Positions 59,602-64,000 of a DNA stretch of 64,000 nt are shown in pieces (position 1 is the stretch's first letter; the number at the start of each line of letters is the position of its first letter). Position numbers and translations under genes: made by a program. The notes under the pieces are model-generated. The model did not search any database and had not been told where the DNA came from. It was given only the letters and a program-made list of their open reading frames with translations. The stretch lies in NCBI GenBank assembly GCA_051047955.1, contig JBPGPT010000049.1, positions 1-64,000 on the forward strand, in the 5' to 3' direction. The stretch is from Cystobasidiomycetes sp. EMM_F5 (taxonomy: Eukaryota).

Positions 59602-59708
59602 AATGAACTCTTTATCGAGCATTAGACCAAGAACATAGAAATAGTACAAACAACAAGGAAACCCATCACTGCCTCTGGCACCCTCGTACGTATGTTTCGC
59701 ACGCTGTA

Positions 59709-60555
59709 TCAATAGTCAATTTTGCGATCAAGTTCTTCTACTTCCTTGATGCATTCGGCGTAGGCTTCCTTGTAGTCCTCAGGCTGCTTGGTTTCACCCG
59801 TCGCCGTCTTCCGTGGTTTGCGATTGCTTCCTGGAGAAATCATAACTACTGCCGTCGGTCGCTTTGTCGAGCTTGCTTGTCCGAGCAGAGCCTTGGATGT
59901 CACGTAGACGTAGGGACATCCCGCTTCTTCAGCCAAGATGGGAAAGTGGGAAATAACATCCATCGGTGATGCATCGCCTGCCAGCACAATCAGCCTGTTG
60001 CGCAAACAGAGTCAGCCAGCGGACATCTAGACATGCTCCGTGAGTGTTTGCGAACCCTTTCTCGCCTTTCTTTGCAGCCTTGGAGACTTCTTTTACGCCT
60101 CTACGAATTTCGCGGTTCCGGGATGCTAAATCACCCAAATCGGTGCGGAAGAAGTCGAGCGCTCAGCGGGCGTTTCTTTGCATCCTGCCAGCCAGATGAC
60201 CACTGTAGTCATTTTGCCTACCTTTCTTGACTGTTTTCAGTACTTTTTTCGACAGTTTTCGTCCAGCTAGGGGATGGGCAATTGGCGACAAGGCGTCGGC
60301 TGGGACTTCGAGCTCTCGTTCCCGTTCCTTTGACTTGGACGACGACGATTTTGTGCTGCTCTTGGTCGTCGTCGTCGCAGCATTATCGGCGCCTTCATCG
60401 CTTGGCTTTTTGGACTTTTTCTTCTTTTTGGCTGGCGGAGCGTCGAGCTCTGCAACGTCGGCAGTCGGAAGCCCAACAGCGTCCGCACTGGTTCCCTCCG
60501 CTTCAACGGCTACGAGGCCAGCTTCCTGCGCTGACCGCTTGGATTTCTTGCCCAT
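59709..60555 (-). CDS. NHP2: H/ACA snoRNP subunit Nhp2 (L7Ae family)
   Basis: LSPIAHPLAGRKLSKKVLKTVKK-ASRNREIRRGVKEV..KGEKG-LIVLAGDASPMDVISHFPILAEE..LGQASSTKRPT. Confidence 0.93.
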
Positions 60556-60688
60556 GTTGGTTTACCACAAACAGTCGCAACATGCGGAGAACTTTTCAAA
60601 AGACGAGCTAGCTACAACGCGGTGAGCGGTGTTTTGCCACCCATCAAGAGATGATGCTGACTAGCCCTATTTGATCCCATCATCCCGA

Positions 60689-62337
60689 TCAGTTCTCATT
60701 TTCATCGTAAAATGCCCCGTAAACTTCTGCCGATGAAGCATCGCCAGCCAATGTAAAGCAGAGTGTAGCACCGGCTCGCACGAATGCCGAATGACCTTCA
60801 GAAAGCTCCAATCTTTCTCCTGCCACGTCGGCAATAATCGTGCCCTTCGTGACCACGAGCGTATGCGGGCCGAGTCCTGTGAGCGTCACTTCCTTGTCCT
60901 CGTTGCTCAACGAGATTCTGACTATCGCAAACTCGGATATGGGTACTTTGTAGTACCGTGCACCAGCTTGACCTTGCCAATTTTCGGAGTAAGTTAATTC
61001 CAACTGATTTGCTGGCAAGTGCCGATAAGAGAGCTGGGAAGAGCATAAAGGCCAAGGTGAGCGTCGAGAATATTGCAGAGAGGATGAGGTCTGACCATGT
61101 CCACGAAGGTGGCCAGTCCTCCCTGCTCTGTATCACCTAGGCCGTGGCACACCCTCGAAGTCTCAAGCATCAGCTGCCAGGAACGCCGCCGTGACAGGCC
61201 AACTCACATGTTATCGGAATTCGCCATGCATTCTATTACATCCCCTACATAAGTATGCGCGTTAAGTGCGGTATAAAACAGCGTCGGACAATTCTGTGCG
61301 TACCTTCCACATACGCATGTATATCATCAGCCAAGATCCAGCATCCCTGACCGGCCTTGAGCTGCAGCAGATTCATAAGGAATGTTGTCACCACAATCCC
61401 AACATCTCCTTCGCCGAAGGTTGCAAGATTCTTCCTCCAAACTTTGGCTAGAGCATCCGCATCTTCGAGGTGGTCGAAAGCTGAAGAGGCGCCGTTGCCA
61501 GACTGTAGCTTGGTGTTGACACTCGTGACGACTTGCTTGATTTGACTCTGGGATAGAGCGATACAAGTCCCGAATAGCGATTTTATACATGACTTCCGCT
61601 TCTCCAGACTGTCGCTCTCGGCCGCCTCATCCAGATCCGACAATTGCGTACTGCTCAGTAGCGCAGCAAAGGCTGGAACTTGTCTCACGAACGCTTGTAT
61701 CTGCTTCGGCGGCCGGAAACCAACGAAGGCGGTAAAGTCAGATAGAGCTACAGATACTTCCGGCTTGCCGTTGTCATCAACGACTAAAGAAGACTCGTCA
61801 GATGACTAGCTTCCTCCCCGGGATCCGGAGCATCAGTGAATATGACGTACAATCAGAATTATATAGTCCGAGATACTTGGTCTTCTCTTGTTTTCGGAGC
61901 TTTCTGCCCAATTCTGGGTCCGGATGAGCTTGCAGCGGCAAGGCTTTGTCAAAACTCAGGATTTTGAAGAGGAATGGTAGGTCATTTCTATACATTTCCT
62001 GCATTTTTGCATTCGCCAACAATTTTGAGCCGAGATAGTATTCGGGGTCTGACGCAATGACATCACGTAGCTTCGTTCCGTTTGTAAGAAGGCTCGATGT
62101 AAGGATTGTGCTAGGACCGTTCTTGTGCGTACTTCCGAGCCAAATTTCGCCGTATGGCTGACCCTCTTTGATCTTGATGCTCGGGTCAACGAGCTTTGCG
62201 TATCTGGCTGCCATCGAAGCACTGCCTTCTCGGCCATATTCAAACGGTTGTAGGTATCCTCGAAGCTCTAGTATAGATGGCCTGCCGACAGTCACGCTCG
62301 CCAAGGCTGCTTTTGCGGATGTCAACAAGTCGGACAT
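60689..62337 (-). CDS. Type I mannose-6-phosphate isomerase-like protein (divergent)
   Basis: YGEIWLGSTHKNGPS, LPFLFKILSFDKALPLQAHPD, DNGKPEVSVALS, DVGIVV..MNLLQLKAGQ, IHAYVEGDVIECMANSDN, KVPISEF. Confidence 0.85.
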
Positions 62338-62615
62338 ATCGATGGGGACACGCAGTTGTGCTGCTTTCTCTCTCTGTCAGCGGGATTGCTGGATCTCTCA
62401 GTATGAAGACAATGGAAAGATTGTCAGAAAGCCATCCTTTGCGAGGCTACAATACGAAATACATTGTTTCGATCAATGCAATGTCGGCATTAACACTGAC
62501 AGGTGTCATAGGTGGCAAGTGATCTCCGTCGCGTCGTGGAAATGCCGCATCGTCGCTCTTTGCGAAGAACTGGCGCTCGAGAGGAGAATAGACGTGCCAT
62601 GCTCCGTCTGCGCCG

Positions 62616-63641
62616 TCAGTTGTGTGGTGAGTGATCATATATCGACCGAATGCAGAGATACGGTCCAAGGAGCTGCCCGCAGACCCAGCCAGCGAGTGCG
62701 CCGACGAGCACAGGAATTGGCCAAGTCTGCCATGGCATCTCCCAGTCGAGTGGTATAGGCAGTGCCCCGAGCAATGCCCCGAATATTGTCGACCAAGCGT
62801 TGCAGACGAGCATGAGCTCAGTGTCTGTCGTGGGACTGGAAGATTGCGTGTTAGGGAGACATCACTGGTTTGCAGCATTATGGGCAACCTGCAAAGACTC
62901 ACTTCATAAGGGCAAACAGCCGTGTCCAGGCAGAAGGTGGAGATGGCTTTCCTGGTACTAGCGGTCGTATAACCCATGCGGCTGGACCGAAAGCGAGCAG
63001 AGCGAGGAAGAGTGACAGAAGGCCAGTTTCGAGAAGTTTGCTAGAAGATGTTGAAGCATATCCAGCAGTGTCAGGCCATGGTTGTATGTATGGCTGCCTA
63101 ATAATTGGACTTACCGAGATACGGGAGCGCCAAGACTGATGATGGCCAGAAAGAGCAGCGTCGCGATGAAGAGGATGGCGGTGACGATTTCCCATGCCTG
63201 CTGTGTGGTCGAAGCATTCCTTCAGCAGTCCTCGGTTGCCAGTGCCGCCTCAACGAATGTACTCACCTTTGACCAGACCAGGAGTGGAGGATCATTCGCA
63301 CCCTCTGCGGGCGTTACTCGACCAGACCAGACTGCAAAACGGTAGCCAGTGTAGGTCTGGACAACGGCGAGCCCAGCGCACGACCACACCAGGGCGAGCG
63401 GGGCGTTGACAATGTACGGGTCGAGGATATCGGAGAGCTCTGGGAGGAACGCGGGCACGGAGGAGCGACTGGGGAGGACAACGACGGCGTACGCGACGCT
63501 GAGGAGCTGCGTCACGGCCAGGAGTATCAGCTCGGACGGCCTGGCAGTCTGGCGGAGACGCAGTTTCGACGAGCCCGACGAGCTGGCAGCAGGACGAGAC
63601 GACGAGGTGGACGTTGAGGGGGACATGGATACGGGAGACAT
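62616..63641 (-). CDS. GPI11: GPI ethanolamine-phosphate transferase subunit PIG-F/Gpi11
   Basis: Multi-TM protein with LGAP and GALLGALPIPLDWEMPWQTWPIP, the PIG-F signature. Two or more introns. Confidence 0.88.
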
Positions 63642-63784
63642 ATTGAGGTGCTCGGGCTTCCTGACGCGCGTTACAGCCAGGATTTTGCTATCGAGCTGTG
63701 CAAACGACTTGGATGTATGTACTGCCTCGTCCTTGTTGTATATGCAAATGATGATATTGTCTAGCACTACATGAGCCCGGCGCG

Positions 63785-64000
63785 ATGAGTGTTGCTGACG
63801 GCGCTGGACGGGCTCCCTCAGCCTGGCCTGCGAGACGCCCGCTGGCTATCGTGGACCCGAGGACCCGTCAGGCTCACCAGCGTGATGCTGGGCCAGGATA
63901 TCTGACGCAGCGGGTCTCCCAGCCCGCCGCCCGCTTTGACGACGCAGACTTTCCCCCGCTGACTCGCTCCATCCCATCCTCGTCACCCAGCTCTGCCCCG
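63785..64000 (+). CDS. 5' end of a hypothetical gene running out of the window
   Basis: ATG at 63785 opens a frame to the window end (MSVADGAG..FDDADFPPL..). It is divergent from GPI11 with a 143-bp spacer. Confidence 0.5.
   Translation, partial: MSVADGAGRAPSAWPARRPLAIVDPRTRQAHQRDAGPGYLTQRVSQPAARFDDADFPPLTRSIPSSSPSSAP

Noticed and set aside
63770..63960. Minus-strand GGGGGAAAGTC..ATAGCCA..GGGCTCAT resembling RNase MRP conserved regions
   Set aside because: The P4 pairing is poor and there is no GARAR loop. The plus strand has an open, protein-like frame from ATG 63785 that explains the sequence better.
1..64000. CRISPR arrays, transposases/retroelements, rRNA/tRNA genes, prokaryotic operons
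   Set aside because: None seen. The repeats are short microsatellites or coding FG repeats, and the DNA is spliced eukaryotic sequence.

Overview
Eukaryotic, gene-dense and intron-rich fungal DNA: about 31 protein-coding genes in 64 kb, introns mostly 50-90 nt with GT..AG ends and CTGAC/CTAAC-type branch points, and many head-to-head gene pairs only 100-210 bp apart. Gene content and intron density point to a basidiomycete yeast, possibly a carotenoid-producing Pucciniomycotina (inference). Recognisable genes: Dal5-type MFS transporter, Zn2Cys6 transcription factor, RNF10/Mag2 RING protein, DUF6534-type membrane protein, WW protein, SRP14, OAC1, ATP synthase subunit e, TauD dioxygenase, Nup2/Nup50, secreted alpha/beta hydrolase, centrin, Ark1/Prk1 kinase, carotenoid oxygenase, TRM6, AFG2, TPA1, COG2, thioredoxin, TCO89-like protein, DUF1748 protein, BTB protein, NHP2, a PMI-like isomerase and GPI11. 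I found no rRNA, tRNA, CRISPR array or transposase. Best leads: (1) a TPA1 whose motifs look like those of filamentous ascomycetes (candidate horizontal transfer); (2) a hidden stand-alone TFIIS-central-domain-like gene that needs a GC-AG intron; (3) a PMI paralogue lacking the conserved Arg; (4) a perfect 13-bp inverted repeat in a bidirectional promoter; (5) an AT-rich CATTACAA array upstream of TauD. Gene models were assembled by eye and family assignments come from remembered motifs, not database searches.
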